From a virus (taxonomy: Duplodnaviria; Caudoviricetes): 56,368 nt of DNA. Below, in pieces: positions 17,202-26,690 of this stretch. Position 1 is the stretch's first letter; each line of letters starts with the position of its first letter. Both the position numbers and the translations under genes were made by a program. The notes under the pieces are model-generated. The model worked only from the letters and a program-made list of their open reading frames with translations. It had not been told where the DNA came from and made no database searches. Location of the stretch: positions 1-56,368 of IMG/VR virus record IMGVR_UViG_3300017912_000240. One strand, given 5' to 3'.

Positions 17202-17210
17202 GGATGTGTT

Positions 17211-17522
17211 ATGGCATTAAAGAAATCACAAAAATCCCTCAAGGCTTGGACAAAACAAAAGTGGAGAACCAAGAGTGGTAAAAAGTCTAGCAAGACGGGG
17301 GAACGGTATTTACCAGAAGCGGCTATTAAGGCACTCACACCCGCAGAATATGCGGCGACTACGAGAGCAAAAAGAAAAGGAACTAAACAAGGAAAGCAGT
17401 TTGTTAAGCAGCCTAAAGCTATAGCAAAGAAAACTGCAAAGTATAGAAAAGGAGTTGGTGGAAGTGGCACTAACAGACGCAGAAAAAAATCGACTAAAAA
17501 AAGTAGGTCTAAGCGGTCTTAA
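17211..17522 (+). CDS. Small basic conserved phage protein
   Basis: QKSLKAWTKQKWRTKSG...GERYLP. Confidence 0.7.
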   Translation: MALKKSQKSLKAWTKQKWRTKSGKKSSKTGERYLPEAAIKALTPAEYAATTRAKRKGTKQGKQFVKQPKAIAKKTAKYRKGVGGSGTNRRRKKSTKKSRSKRS

Positions 17523-17808
17523 TAAACCAAAGCGTACTCCTAACCATCCTACAAAAAAGGCAGTGGTTGCGGTACGTGATGGTGATAGAATTAAGATTAT
17601 TCGTTTTGGAGCGCAGGGCATGGGACATAACTATAGTCCTGAAGCTCGTAAAAACTTTAAGGCTCGACACGGTAAGAATATTAAGAAGGGTAAGACATCT
17701 GCAGCTTATTGGGCAAATAAAGTATTTTGGGCAGGAAAGAGTGGCAGTAAAAAACGTCCCCCTAAAAGCCAGAAACAAACCTTTGGACTTAAACGAAAAC
17801 GAACATAA
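17464..17808 (+). CDS. Small basic conserved phage protein
   Basis: NKPKRTPNHPTKK...IIRFG...ARKNFKARH...AAYWA. Confidence 0.7.
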   Translation: MALTDAEKNRLKKVGLSGLNKPKRTPNHPTKKAVVAVRDGDRIKIIRFGAQGMGHNYSPEARKNFKARHGKNIKKGKTSAAYWANKVFWAGKSGSKKRPPKSQKQTFGLKRKRT

Positions 17809-17972
17809 TGGCAATTACAAGAGGCAGTGTTGGCAAACAAGTGAGCCGTCCCCCACAGAAAAAAAGGAGGTGGTCTACTAAATATAAAAAGTCAATTGAC
17901 TGTAAAAATCCAAGAGGTTTCAGTCAAAAGGCTCACTGTCGTGCCAAAAAGAAAAAAGCCCGAAGAAGATAA
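17808..17972 (+). CDS. Small basic protein (54 aa); not in ORF track
   Basis: MAITRGSVGKQVSRPPQKKRRWSTKYKKSIDCKNPRGFSQKAHCRAKKKKARRR; TAATG coupling at both ends. Confidence 0.65.
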   Translation: MAITRGSVGKQVSRPPQKKRRWSTKYKKSIDCKNPRGFSQKAHCRAKKKKARRR

Positions 17973-18169
17973 TGACTTTTAAAAATAAAGAAAAGTATTA
18001 TTGGTTTAAACCTGGAAATAGAAAAATGCATAAAGTATATGACACTATTAGTTCTACCATAACTCATCAAAAAAATATTATAGGAAATACTTATGTTAAA
18101 AAAACTTGTGGCAAAGAAAACTGTAACTGCAAGTGTAACGACAGAAATAAAGAAAAGGATAATTCGTAA
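17972..18169 (+). CDS. Small Cys-containing hypothetical protein
   Basis: Coupled at both ends; CGKENCNCKC. Confidence 0.5.
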   Translation: MTFKNKEKYYWFKPGNRKMHKVYDTISSTITHQKNIIGNTYVKKTCGKENCNCKCNDRNKEKDNS

Positions 18170-18849
18170 TGGCAACATCAGGAACATATAGTTTTTCTAT
18201 GGACATAGATGAAGTTATCCAAGAAGCAATGGAAATGATTGGCGGTGAAGCTACTCTTGGTGAAGAGCCTCGCTCTGCACGCCGTTCTATAAATCTACTT
18301 CTACAAGATTGGCAAAACCGTGGTATTCAATTATGGACAATTGGAACAACTACCGTTACGGTTACAACTAGCACTACTGCCTATACTTTAGCTGACCACA
18401 ACATTGATGTTTTAGAAGCAGTAATAAATATTACAGATGGAGATGGCAATACTGACCTTCAACTAAATAGGATTACAATGGAAGAGTATCTTAAAATTCC
18501 ACGTAAAACTCAAACAGGTCGCTCTTCTCAATATGCTGTTAGACGTGACAGAGATAATATTGTTATTAGTCTTTGGCCTCTTCCTGATAATAGCACCAAT
18601 AAACTAAAGCTTGAAACTGTAAAATATATACAAGATGTAACACGCTCTAGTCAAAATGCAGACGTATCTAGAAGATTTCTTCCTTGTTTAACTGCGGGTA
18701 CAGCCTATTTTATGTCAATGAAAAGACCAGGTGTAGATGCAGGACGCATTGGAATGCTTAAACAAGAATATGAGGAAAGGTTAGTACGGGCGCAAGAAGA
18801 AGACAAGGAACGAGCAAGCATGTTAATTAGGCCACGACTAAAATATTAA
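18169..18849 (+). CDS. Head-tail connector / adaptor-like protein
   Basis: MATSGT...ARRSINLL.DWQNRG..LW motif typical of this phage group. Confidence 0.7.
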   Translation: MATSGTYSFSMDIDEVIQEAMEMIGGEATLGEEPRSARRSINLLLQDWQNRGIQLWTIGTTTVTVTTSTTAYTLADHNIDVLEAVINITDGDGNTDLQLNRITMEEYLKIPRKTQTGRSSQYAVRRDRDNIVISLWPLPDNSTNKLKLETVKYIQDVTRSSQNADVSRRFLPCLTAGTAYFMSMKRPGVDAGRIGMLKQEYEERLVRAQEEDKERASMLIRPRLKY

Positions 18850-18850
18850 A

Positions 18851-19090
18851 ATGACTAAAGCTGTAGGAATATGTGATATATGTGGTTTTAAATATAAATT
18901 ATCTGAACTACAAAAAAATAGTTATGGTATGATGGTATGCCCCACTGATTTTGAAGGGAAGTATGATTTAAAAAGCCACCCCCAAAATAAAATAGCAAGA
19001 GTAACTGATGATGTAAATGTTGATGACCCTAGACCACCTGTTGATTTAGTATCTGCAGTTCCTGTATCAGCATGGCTACCGAGTTTATAA
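18851..19090 (+). CDS. Small Zn-ribbon-like protein (paralog 1)
   Basis: CDICGF...KNSYG..VCPTD...HPQN. Confidence 0.7.
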   Translation: MTKAVGICDICGFKYKLSELQKNSYGMMVCPTDFEGKYDLKSHPQNKIARVTDDVNVDDPRPPVDLVSAVPVSAWLPSL

Positions 19091-19091
19091 T

Positions 19092-19376
19092 ATGGCAAGA
19101 GGTAAATATAATAAGATAGTCTGCGATGTTTGTGGCTTTGCATATCCACGAACAGTAATGAAAAAAAATAGTTATGGGGTTTGGGTTTGCCCTACTGATA
19201 ACGATAGGGGATATGATTTAGTTAATCACCCACAAAATAAAATTATATCTACTATAGACAGAAGCATGTTTATAAAAGATGTGCGCCCAGAAAACAATCT
19301 TGATAGAAATCTTAATTGGGAAGCAGCAGTCTTTGATAACTGGGAAGACATTAATAAAAACTGGAATATAATTTAA
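19092..19376 (+). CDS. Small Zn-ribbon-like protein (paralog 2)
   Basis: CDVCGF...KNSYG..VCPTD...HPQN. Confidence 0.7.
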   Translation: MARGKYNKIVCDVCGFAYPRTVMKKNSYGVWVCPTDNDRGYDLVNHPQNKIISTIDRSMFIKDVRPENNLDRNLNWEAAVFDNWEDINKNWNII

Positions 19377-20680
19377 TGAGTGATTTTACAGGAAAAAAGA
19401 TTGCAAATACTTATAAAGATTTGCTCAAAATTAATACCAGTGTAGATAATGCAGGTATTGATGGAACGCTACGCCGTGTTCAAGATGGTAGTGGTAAGAA
19501 CTCTGCAATCTCTCTTTCACAAAATGAAGCAAGAATAGATGGCAACTTAACTGTTACTGGAAATGTTTCTGCAGCAGGGTTTTTTATAAATGGTCTTGAT
19601 GTTTCTGTATTGAATGCTACAGAGGTATCTACAACACGACTTGCAGCTACTAGTATTACAACTGATAAGCTTGATGCTACAACACTTGTATTTCAAGATG
19701 TAAGTGTTAGTAGTTTACGTACTGGTGATTTTAAAGCATTAACTGTTAGTGCTGGCACGATAAGTGCAACAACAATAGATGCTACAAATATACTGGTTGC
19801 TGGTGAGCCTGCTGCTACATCTTCTACAGTTGCTGCTTTATCTGCTACATTAGAGACTCGAATTGCAGGAGTGTCAAGTACCTTTGCTGCTACCTCTGCT
19901 GCACTTGAAACACGTATTAATGCAGTTTCAGTTCTTGCAGAAACAAAGGCAAGTGCAGCTACATCTGCTAATCTTGAAACTAGGATTGCAGGAGTGTCTT
20001 CTACTTTTGCAACCACTTCTGCAACTCTTGAAACAAGAATTAATGCAGTATCGGTTCTTACAAACACTAATCTAGATGCTATAGCTTCAGTCAATACTAT
20101 TGCGGTAGCTGCTGCCAGTGCAGCCACATCTGCCAATCTTGAAACTAGAATCAACGCAGTATCGGTTCTTGCAGAAACTAAAGCAAGTGCTACAACATCT
20201 GCTAACCTTGAAACACGTATTAACGCAGTATCAGTATTAGCAGAAACTAAAGCAAGTGCCGCAACATCTGCTAATCTTGAAACCAGGATTGCAGGGGTAT
20301 CAAGTACCTTTGCAACTACTTCTGCAACTCTTGAAACAAGAATAAATGCAGTATCAGTCTTGGCAGAAACTAAAGCAAGTGCTACAACATCTGCTAACCT
20401 TGAAACACGTATAGCTGCGGTATCTGTTCTTACTAAAACAAACTTAGATGCTGTTGCCTCAGTGAACACAATTGCGGTGGCTGCTGCAAGCGCAGCTACA
20501 TCTGCTAACCTTGAAACTAGGATTGCAGGAGTATCAAGTACCTTTGCTACTACTTCTGCAACATTAGAAACTAGAATTGCTACAGTGTCTAGCACATTTG
20601 CTGCAACTTCTGCAGCACTAGCAACAAGTATTAGTAATGCCAATGCTGCTGCTGTGGCATTTGCTATTGCATTGGGATAA
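19376..20680 (+). CDS. Ser/Thr/Ala-rich coiled-coil fibre protein with 11 LETRI repeats
   Basis: Repeat units of 18, 23 and 37 aa; C-terminal AxAIALG motif. Confidence 0.75.
   Translation: MSDFTGKKIANTYKDLLKINTSVDNAGIDGTLRRVQDGSGKNSAISLSQNEARIDGNLTVTGNVSAAGFFINGLDVSVLNATEVSTTRLAATSITTDKLDATTLVFQDVSVSSLRTGDFKALTVSAGTISATTIDATNILVAGEPAATSSTVAALSATLETRIAGVSSTFAATSAALETRINAVSVLAETKASAATSANLETRIAGVSSTFATTSATLETRINAVSVLTNTNLDAIASVNTIAVAAASAATSANLETRINAVSVLAETKASATTSANLETRINAVSVLAETKASAATSANLETRIAGVSSTFATTSATLETRINAVSVLAETKASATTSANLETRIAAVSVLTKTNLDAVASVNTIAVAAASAATSANLETRIAGVSSTFATTSATLETRIATVSSTFAATSAALATSISNANAAAVAFAIALG
19840..20620 (+). repeat. Degenerate coding tandem repeats (SAxLETRI)
   Basis: Recurrent (C/T)TNGA(A/G)ACN(A/C)GNAT core with synonymous divergence. 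Confidence 0.9.
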
Positions 20681-20695
20681 TTTATGGAGTATAAT
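20667..20695 (+). promoter_or_regulatory. Promoter TTGCAT-N17-TATAAT
   Basis: ATG 5 nt beyond the -10. Confidence 0.55.
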
Positions 20696-20700
20696 ACGAT

Positions 20701-21030
20701 ATGGCTAATGCGTTTAAATTAAAAACAGATACTGGAGTAGGCACTGGTGCTGCTACCATTTATACTTGTCCTGCTTCTACAGAGACAACTATTATTGGTT
20801 TGGCAATTGCAAACATAGTTGCATCTCAAATAGCAGTAGATGTTCAAATAGAAAACAATGATGGAGATAATATTTACGTAGTTAAGGCTGCTCCTGTTCC
20901 TGCAGGAAGCTCACTAGTTGTAGTGGGTGGCGACCAGAAGGTTGTTCTGGAAGCATCAGATGTTCTTAAGGTAACAAGTGATACTGCAAGCTCTGCAGAT
21001 GTTTCACTTAGTATTTTGGAGATTACATAA
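20701..21030 (+). CDS. Small virion / fibre-associated protein
   Basis: MANAFK...GGDQKVVLE...SILEIT; follows the AIALG-ending protein. Confidence 0.65.
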   Translation: MANAFKLKTDTGVGTGAATIYTCPASTETTIIGLAIANIVASQIAVDVQIENNDGDNIYVVKAAPVPAGSSLVVVGGDQKVVLEASDVLKVTSDTASSADVSLSILEIT

Positions 21031-22103
21031 TGCCAATTAGTCGAATAGATAATGAGGGACTCACAGGACCGATTGGTGGACGGCGCAACATTGTCATTAA
21101 TGGTGCAATGCAGGTGGCGCAGCGTGGAACGTCCGAAACATCTTCGGCTAGTTCGTTACGTCTTGTAGATAGATTTAGGTCAACTAATTCAGGGGGGCAA
21201 AGTCTTACATATTCACAAGAAAGCGATGCGCCTGATGGTTTTGCTAATAGCTTAAAAATAAAAGTGGCAAGTACATTTAGTACAGGCGCAACTGACCAAT
21301 TGGGAATTGGGCAGCTTTTTGAAGGACAAGATGTACAACATTTAAAAAAAGGAACTTCTGGTGCGCTTCCTGTAACGCTATCTTTTTATATTAAATCAAA
21401 CCTAACAGGAAATGTAGTTGTTGAACTTTTAGATAGAGACAGTGCTTTTCGACATATAGAGGCGTTAGTAAATATATCGTCTGCAAATACTTGGGAATAT
21501 AAAACAGTTACCTTTGCGGGTGATACATCAGGCGTACTTGATAATGATAACAATGCCAGCTTTGATTTTCATATTTACTTTGGCGCAGGCTCGAACTATA
21601 CATCTGGCACATTAGCAACATCTTGGGCAACTTTCTCTGCTGCAAATCGTCTTGTTGGTCTTGACTTGGGCGGCAATAACTTTGGTTCGTCGACAGATAA
21701 CTTTATTTCGATAACGGGTGTTCAACTCGAAGTCGGCTCAGTAGCCACTGAGTTTGAGCATCGCAGTTTTGGTGAAGAGTTGGCTTTGTGTCAGAGGTAT
21801 TATCAAAGCATTGACACAAATAGCAGAACTCAAACTATTGGGTTTGGTCATAGACAAACTACAAATACTGTAAGATTTAGTATCCCAACGCCAGTTGCTT
21901 TAAGGGCGGCCCCATCTATTACTATTTCTGGAACTGTAAACTGTCAGGAAAGCGATGGAACTGCCACAGCGACAACTAGCATTTCAGGATTATATAACTC
22001 AAATGGTTATGTTGTTGCTACAGGCACAGCATCTGGTGTTGTTAATGGGTCAATAACTATGCAAGGACATAGTGGCACAGTTCAAATAGATGCGGAGTTG
22101 TAG
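21030..22103 (+). CDS. Tail/fibre protein with carbohydrate-binding-like domain (paralog A)
   Basis: RNIVINGAMQVAQRG...ITGVQLEVGSVATEFEHRS.GEELALCQRYY...DAEL. Confidence 0.7.
   Translation: MPISRIDNEGLTGPIGGRRNIVINGAMQVAQRGTSETSSASSLRLVDRFRSTNSGGQSLTYSQESDAPDGFANSLKIKVASTFSTGATDQLGIGQLFEGQDVQHLKKGTSGALPVTLSFYIKSNLTGNVVVELLDRDSAFRHIEALVNISSANTWEYKTVTFAGDTSGVLDNDNNASFDFHIYFGAGSNYTSGTLATSWATFSAANRLVGLDLGGNNFGSSTDNFISITGVQLEVGSVATEFEHRSFGEELALCQRYYQSIDTNSRTQTIGFGHRQTTNTVRFSIPTPVALRAAPSITISGTVNCQESDGTATATTSISGLYNSNGYVVATGTASGVVNGSITMQGHSGTVQIDAEL
21741..21802 (+). repeat. 62-bp near-identical direct repeat, copy 1 (copy 2 at 26101-26162)
   Basis: GTAGCCACTGAGTTTGAGCATCGCAGTTTT(G/A)GTGAAGAGTTGGCTTTGTGTCAGAGGTATTA; one mismatch. 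Confidence 0.9.
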
Positions 22104-22104
22104 A

Positions 22105-22284
22105 ATGGATAATATGAATATTACTTCAGCTAAATATCTTGCAGATGACACAGGCAACATAGCAATTATTGCCACGATTAATGGCGTTGAGTGGGGACTT
22201 CCGTTGAGTGCTGGCAATCGCCACTACGCTGAAATCATGCGCCAAGTAGAAGCTGGCACACTTACAATACAGGATGCAGACTAA
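22105..22284 (+). CDS. Small partner/chaperone of paralog A
   Basis: PxxxxNRHYAEIxxQVEAGTLTIQDAD. Confidence 0.65.
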   Translation: MDNMNITSAKYLADDTGNIAIIATINGVEWGLPLSAGNRHYAEIMRQVEAGTLTIQDAD

Positions 22285-23732
22285 TGGCATATATTGGACA
22301 TAGCGCAAGCGGTAACTTTACCACGAAACCATCTAAAGATACCTTTAGTGGTGATGGGTCTACTACTGCCTTTACTTTGTCAGAAGGGGCAACAACAAAT
22401 ACTGTAGATGTTTTTGTAGAGAACGTAAGGCAAGAGCCTACAACTGCTTATACTGTAGATGGAACTACACTTACATTTACTGCTGCTCCTGGTTCTGGAA
22501 CAAACAATATTTATGTAGTAAATCGTGGGCCGCTACAGTTAAGTGCTACACATCCTGCGGCACAGGCTCTTGAGGCATCAACAGGAACCTTTACTGGCGA
22601 CCTTACTGTTGACACCAGCACTCTGAAGGTTGACAGCACGAATAATCGGGTCGGAGTTGGCATTACCTCTCCCGAAGCCCTAACACACATAGCTGGCGCA
22701 ACAGCAGATGCAGATGGTGCGCTTGGGTCGCAATCTCCCCAATTAATTATTGAGGGTGGAAACAACAATAATCCATTTGAAATTGGTATGGATAATTCTG
22801 GAGCAACAGCGGTTGGGTTTTTGCAATCAAGAAACAAGCTGTCGGGTGTACAGTTTTTATCGCTCAACCCGAAGGGCGGTAATGTCGGCATCGGGACTGC
22901 CACACCAACACAAAAACTAGAAGTAGCAGGAGCAGGTGCAAGAATATATCTTACTGGTGCAAATGAAGATATCGACATGGATGCCACTTCCAATGGGCAA
23001 CTGCAACTTGATGGCGTTGGCTACGCTGGTGCAATAGCCCTAAATGATGTTGGGATGCAAATTTACCATAATTCAAGTGGTCGTGCGCTAATATTTGGCA
23101 CAAACGAAACGGAGCGTATGCGTATCTCAAGCAGTGGCAATTTGCTGGTGGGGGGCACGACTTATACTGGTGCAGGTCTTTCTTTGGCTAAACCTGACGG
23201 CAGTGGTAGTTTTAGTATTTTTTCTGGGGCTGGCACTGGCTTTCATTGGAGGTTTGGAAATGTCACAAACGGAGTAGTGGGGTCTATTTTATCATCAACA
23301 ACATCAACAACCTTTAGCACATCATCCGACTATCGCCTGAAAGAAAATGTCGCAGACATCACAGATGGCATTGAGCGTGTTAAACAGCTTAACCCGTCAC
23401 GTTTTAATTTCATCGCTGACCCAGACACAACGGTTGATGGTTTTCTTGCACACGAAGTTTCTGACATTGTGCCTGAAGCAATCACAGGCGAAAAAGATGC
23501 AATGCGTGATGAAGAATATGAAGTCACGCCAGCAGTGCTTGATGATGACGGTAATGTAGTTACTGAAGCTGTAATGGGAACACGCTCTGTTCCTGACTAT
23601 CAAGGCATTGACCAAGCGAAGTTGGTTCCATTGCTGACTGCCGCACTGCAAGAGGCCATCGCAAAAATCGAAACACTCGAAACACAGAACGCCGACTTTG
23701 AAAAACGCTTGACCGCATTGGAGGCCGAATAA
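22284..23732 (+). CDS. Tail fibre with intramolecular chaperone (Peptidase S74-like) domain
   Basis: VGIGT repeats; SDYRLKEN cleavage motif; GFLAHEV; coiled C-terminus. Confidence 0.85.
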   Translation: MAYIGHSASGNFTTKPSKDTFSGDGSTTAFTLSEGATTNTVDVFVENVRQEPTTAYTVDGTTLTFTAAPGSGTNNIYVVNRGPLQLSATHPAAQALEASTGTFTGDLTVDTSTLKVDSTNNRVGVGITSPEALTHIAGATADADGALGSQSPQLIIEGGNNNNPFEIGMDNSGATAVGFLQSRNKLSGVQFLSLNPKGGNVGIGTATPTQKLEVAGAGARIYLTGANEDIDMDATSNGQLQLDGVGYAGAIALNDVGMQIYHNSSGRALIFGTNETERMRISSSGNLLVGGTTYTGAGLSLAKPDGSGSFSIFSGAGTGFHWRFGNVTNGVVGSILSSTTSTTFSTSSDYRLKENVADITDGIERVKQLNPSRFNFIADPDTTVDGFLAHEVSDIVPEAITGEKDAMRDEEYEVTPAVLDDDGNVVTEAVMGTRSVPDYQGIDQAKLVPLLTAALQEAIAKIETLETQNADFEKRLTALEAE

Positions 23733-25063
23733 TGGCATATATAGGTAAACAACCAGGAACAGGAGTGCGTAATAGGTTTTTGTATACAGCCACGGCTGGA
23801 CAAACAACCTTTACTACATCTGATTCTAATTTAGCTCTGTCATATTCAGATGCTCTGTATATGGATGTGTACCTTAATGGCGTACTTCTTGACCCTGCAA
23901 ATGACTACACAGCTACATCAGGTACGTCTGTTGTGTTAGGGTCTGGGGCAACTGCTGGAGATGTTCTTGAAATAGTTGTCTATGATGTATTTTCTGTATT
24001 CAATAATACAATAGACGGCAACTTTGATGTGGGCGGCAACCTGACTGTTGACACAAATACCCTACATGTTGACAGCACCAACAATCGAGTTGGGGTAGGA
24101 ACTACTTCACCAGAAAATCCTATTGAGATAGAAACAACTAATAAACTTGGCGGCACGTTTACAGGCACAACAGATGGTGAAGGTTTACGAGTTACACAAA
24201 CAAACTATACCTCTGGAAATTATATAAGCCTTGTAGAGGCTCCCTTTGATGATAGCCAAACTGCCGCTAATGTTCGGATTGGTGCTATGTTTGACGGTGG
24301 TGGCTCACATTTAGCTTTTGGGACATCTAATAGTTATGGCTCTGGTATTACAAATACTGCAATGTTTATTGACCAAGTAGGCAATGTTGGGGTGGGTAAT
24401 ACAGCACCAGATACCACTTTAGATGTTTCTGGTAGTGGTGTTCCTTTTGAAGTTGATAGCACCAACAGCAATACTTACAAAGTACAGTTTAAAAATAACG
24501 GCACTGTTACATCATATTTTGGCACAGCCGCAGACAGTTTTTTCTTTGCTAATTCATCTGCGACACAGCTTGCACGAATTGACAGCGATGGTATAAAGTT
24601 TGGTGCGGATTCTGCCGCCGCTAATGCGCTGGATGATTATGAGGAAGGTACTTGGACACCGACATATAGTGGCAGCACCACAAATCCGACTGTCTCTTAC
24701 ACAGAGCAACACGGAGAGTATGTAAAAATTGGTAGACAGGTTATTGCTAGATTTGAATTAAAAACAAGTTCTTTTTCTGGTGGCAGTGGGACTGTTACAG
24801 TTGGGGGTTTACCATTTACAACTACATCTAATGATGGAGCTAGGTCTGGTAATTTAATTGTTGGATATAGTCAAGGCTTTGCTTCTGCTACTCATGCGCC
24901 TCAAACAGGATATGCAAGTCAGAGTAGTACTTCAATTATATTGGGGCATAGAGCTAGTGATACAGGAGCAAACGCTGAATTATCAGGAACATTTACTATG
25001 AGCAATTGGAGTTCAAGCGGAAATAACTTTTTGATGGCAACTTTAATATACACAGCAACATAA
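23732..25063 (+). CDS. Tail fibre protein
   Basis: MAYIG start; VDSTNNRVGVG; LDDYEEGTWTP...YVKIG domain. Confidence 0.8.
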   Translation: MAYIGKQPGTGVRNRFLYTATAGQTTFTTSDSNLALSYSDALYMDVYLNGVLLDPANDYTATSGTSVVLGSGATAGDVLEIVVYDVFSVFNNTIDGNFDVGGNLTVDTNTLHVDSTNNRVGVGTTSPENPIEIETTNKLGGTFTGTTDGEGLRVTQTNYTSGNYISLVEAPFDDSQTAANVRIGAMFDGGGSHLAFGTSNSYGSGITNTAMFIDQVGNVGVGNTAPDTTLDVSGSGVPFEVDSTNSNTYKVQFKNNGTVTSYFGTAADSFFFANSSATQLARIDSDGIKFGADSAAANALDDYEEGTWTPTYSGSTTNPTVSYTEQHGEYVKIGRQVIARFELKTSSFSGGSGTVTVGGLPFTTTSNDGARSGNLIVGYSQGFASATHAPQTGYASQSSTSIILGHRASDTGANAELSGTFTMSNWSSSGNNFLMATLIYTAT

Positions 25064-25108
25064 TCCGTCTGGAAGTCGGGTCGGACAGTCCAACCATAGG
25101 AGATAAAA

Positions 25109-25390
25109 ATGGCACTAACTAAAGAATTTGAATATGACTGCGAAGTCAGGGGCGAACACAAAAACGTCCAAGTTCGCAAAGCAACAATCGTAAAAGATGA
25201 TGGTGTGGAAATTAGCCGCAGTTACCATCGGCACGTTCTGCACTGCCGCACGAAGTCTGGTGACACTTGGGGTGACACTGACATTTCTAGTGAGGATGCA
25301 ACTGTTCAGGCCGTGTGCAATGCAGTGTGGACTGATGAAGTTAAGACCGCCTACGAAACATTTATGGACAGTCAGACAGGGCCAGAATAA
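25109..25390 (+). CDS. Fibre-associated small protein (putative chaperone)
   Basis: MALTK...VQVR...EISRSYHRHV...VCNAVWT; AGGAG SD. Confidence 0.6.
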   Translation: MALTKEFEYDCEVRGEHKNVQVRKATIVKDDGVEISRSYHRHVLHCRTKSGDTWGDTDISSEDATVQAVCNAVWTDEVKTAYETFMDSQTGPE

Positions 25391-26487
25391 TGACTAGCAA
25401 CGCAAGAGAACTGGCACAGATACCCAGCACTCCGTCAGGGCGGCGCAACCTGATTATTAATGGTGCGATGAACGTCTGTCAAAGGGCAACCTCAAAATCT
25501 GGTTTGGGTGCAAACACTGACAGCGGCTATCATGTTCAGGACAGATTTGATTTGGTTTTAGCTGGTAGCACTGCTGGTCGTTTTACAATGTCACAAGATA
25601 CCGATGCGCCGTCTGGGTTTGGTGCGGCGATGAAGTTTGATTGTACGACTGCTGATACTTCTATTGCGGCAGATGAATTTTTTGCCATTCTTTATCAGTT
25701 TGAAGGTCAGGATTTACAACAGTTAGCTAAAGGAACATCCGATGCAAAAGAGGTTACTGTTTCTTTTTATGCGAAAGCTAACGCATCTAAAACATATGTT
25801 GTTGAGTTAAAAGATTATGACAACACTAGAACTGTATCCAAAACTTTTACAGTAGGTACAAGCTATAGTCGCATTGAACTTACATTTCCTGCCGACACAA
25901 CAGGCGCACTTGATAATGACACTGCCAGAAGTTTTTCACTAAATATTTACTTGCATGTTGGAAGCACCTACACAAGCGGCACACTTCAAACAACTTGGGG
26001 CAGTCAGGTAACAGCTAATCGTGCCGTGGGTTGTGAGAGTTTCTTTAGCAGTACAGACAATACGTTTTTCATTACTGGTTTGCAGATGGAGATTGGCTCC
26101 GTAGCCACTGAGTTTGAGCATCGCAGTTTTAGTGAAGAGTTGGCTTTGTGTCAGAGGTATTACTATGCGGCAGAAACTGATGCTAGTGCTGTCCCGTTAA
26201 TGGGTTATGGCTTTGCGTACAGCACAACAGTAGCCGATTTTAACTTTTTATTGCCTGTTACAATGAGGGCGGCACCTTCTATAACAGCTCTTAGAATAAG
26301 GATAAGTTTAGGTAGCGGAACTGCGTATGATGCAACTCTTGACTACTCTGCAGGTTATCAATCGGGCCAAAGCACGAACGTAAGATTCGGTTTTAGTGCT
26401 ACTGGTTTAACAGCATACAGGCCTTATTTTATAAGAAATAGAGTGGGAACAGGACAGTCCTATATTAGATTTGATGCGGAGTTATAA
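25390..26487 (+). CDS. Tail/fibre protein with carbohydrate-binding-like domain (paralog B)
   Basis: Same framework as 21030..22103. Confidence 0.7.
   Translation: MTSNARELAQIPSTPSGRRNLIINGAMNVCQRATSKSGLGANTDSGYHVQDRFDLVLAGSTAGRFTMSQDTDAPSGFGAAMKFDCTTADTSIAADEFFAILYQFEGQDLQQLAKGTSDAKEVTVSFYAKANASKTYVVELKDYDNTRTVSKTFTVGTSYSRIELTFPADTTGALDNDTARSFSLNIYLHVGSTYTSGTLQTTWGSQVTANRAVGCESFFSSTDNTFFITGLQMEIGSVATEFEHRSFSEELALCQRYYYAAETDASAVPLMGYGFAYSTTVADFNFLLPVTMRAAPSITALRIRISLGSGTAYDATLDYSAGYQSGQSTNVRFGFSATGLTAYRPYFIRNRVGTGQSYIRFDAEL
26101..26162 (+). repeat. 62-bp near-identical direct repeat, copy 2
   Basis: See 21741-21802. Confidence 0.9.
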
Positions 26488-26489
26488 TT

Positions 26490-26672
26490 ATGGAAAATAA
26501 TATTCAATTTTCATCGGCAAGGTATGTTGCGATTGATGGCAATAACGAGTCAATAAAAGTTGTTGTTAACGGAACAACTATTTTTGTCCCACTCGACCCA
26601 GCCAACCGTCACTACGCCGAAATCCTACGTCAAGTAGAAGCTGGTACGCTAACAATACAGGATGCAGATTAA
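26490..26672 (+). CDS. Small partner/chaperone of paralog B
   Basis: PLDPANRHYAEILRQVEAGTLTIQDAD. Confidence 0.65.
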   Translation: MENNIQFSSARYVAIDGNNESIKVVVNGTTIFVPLDPANRHYAEILRQVEAGTLTIQDAD

Positions 26673-26690
26673 TTAAAATGAGAGAGAGAA

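Noticed and set aside
19693-20643. 316-aa antisense ORF and other long shadow ORFs (e.g. 22511..22993, 53940..54416)
   Set aside because: These are explained by codon bias or repeats of the real genes on the opposite strand, and they show no independent motifs.
21741-26162. Diversity-generating retroelement TR/VR pair
   Set aside because: No reverse transcriptase is present, there is only one mismatch, and both copies are in-frame conserved coding motifs.
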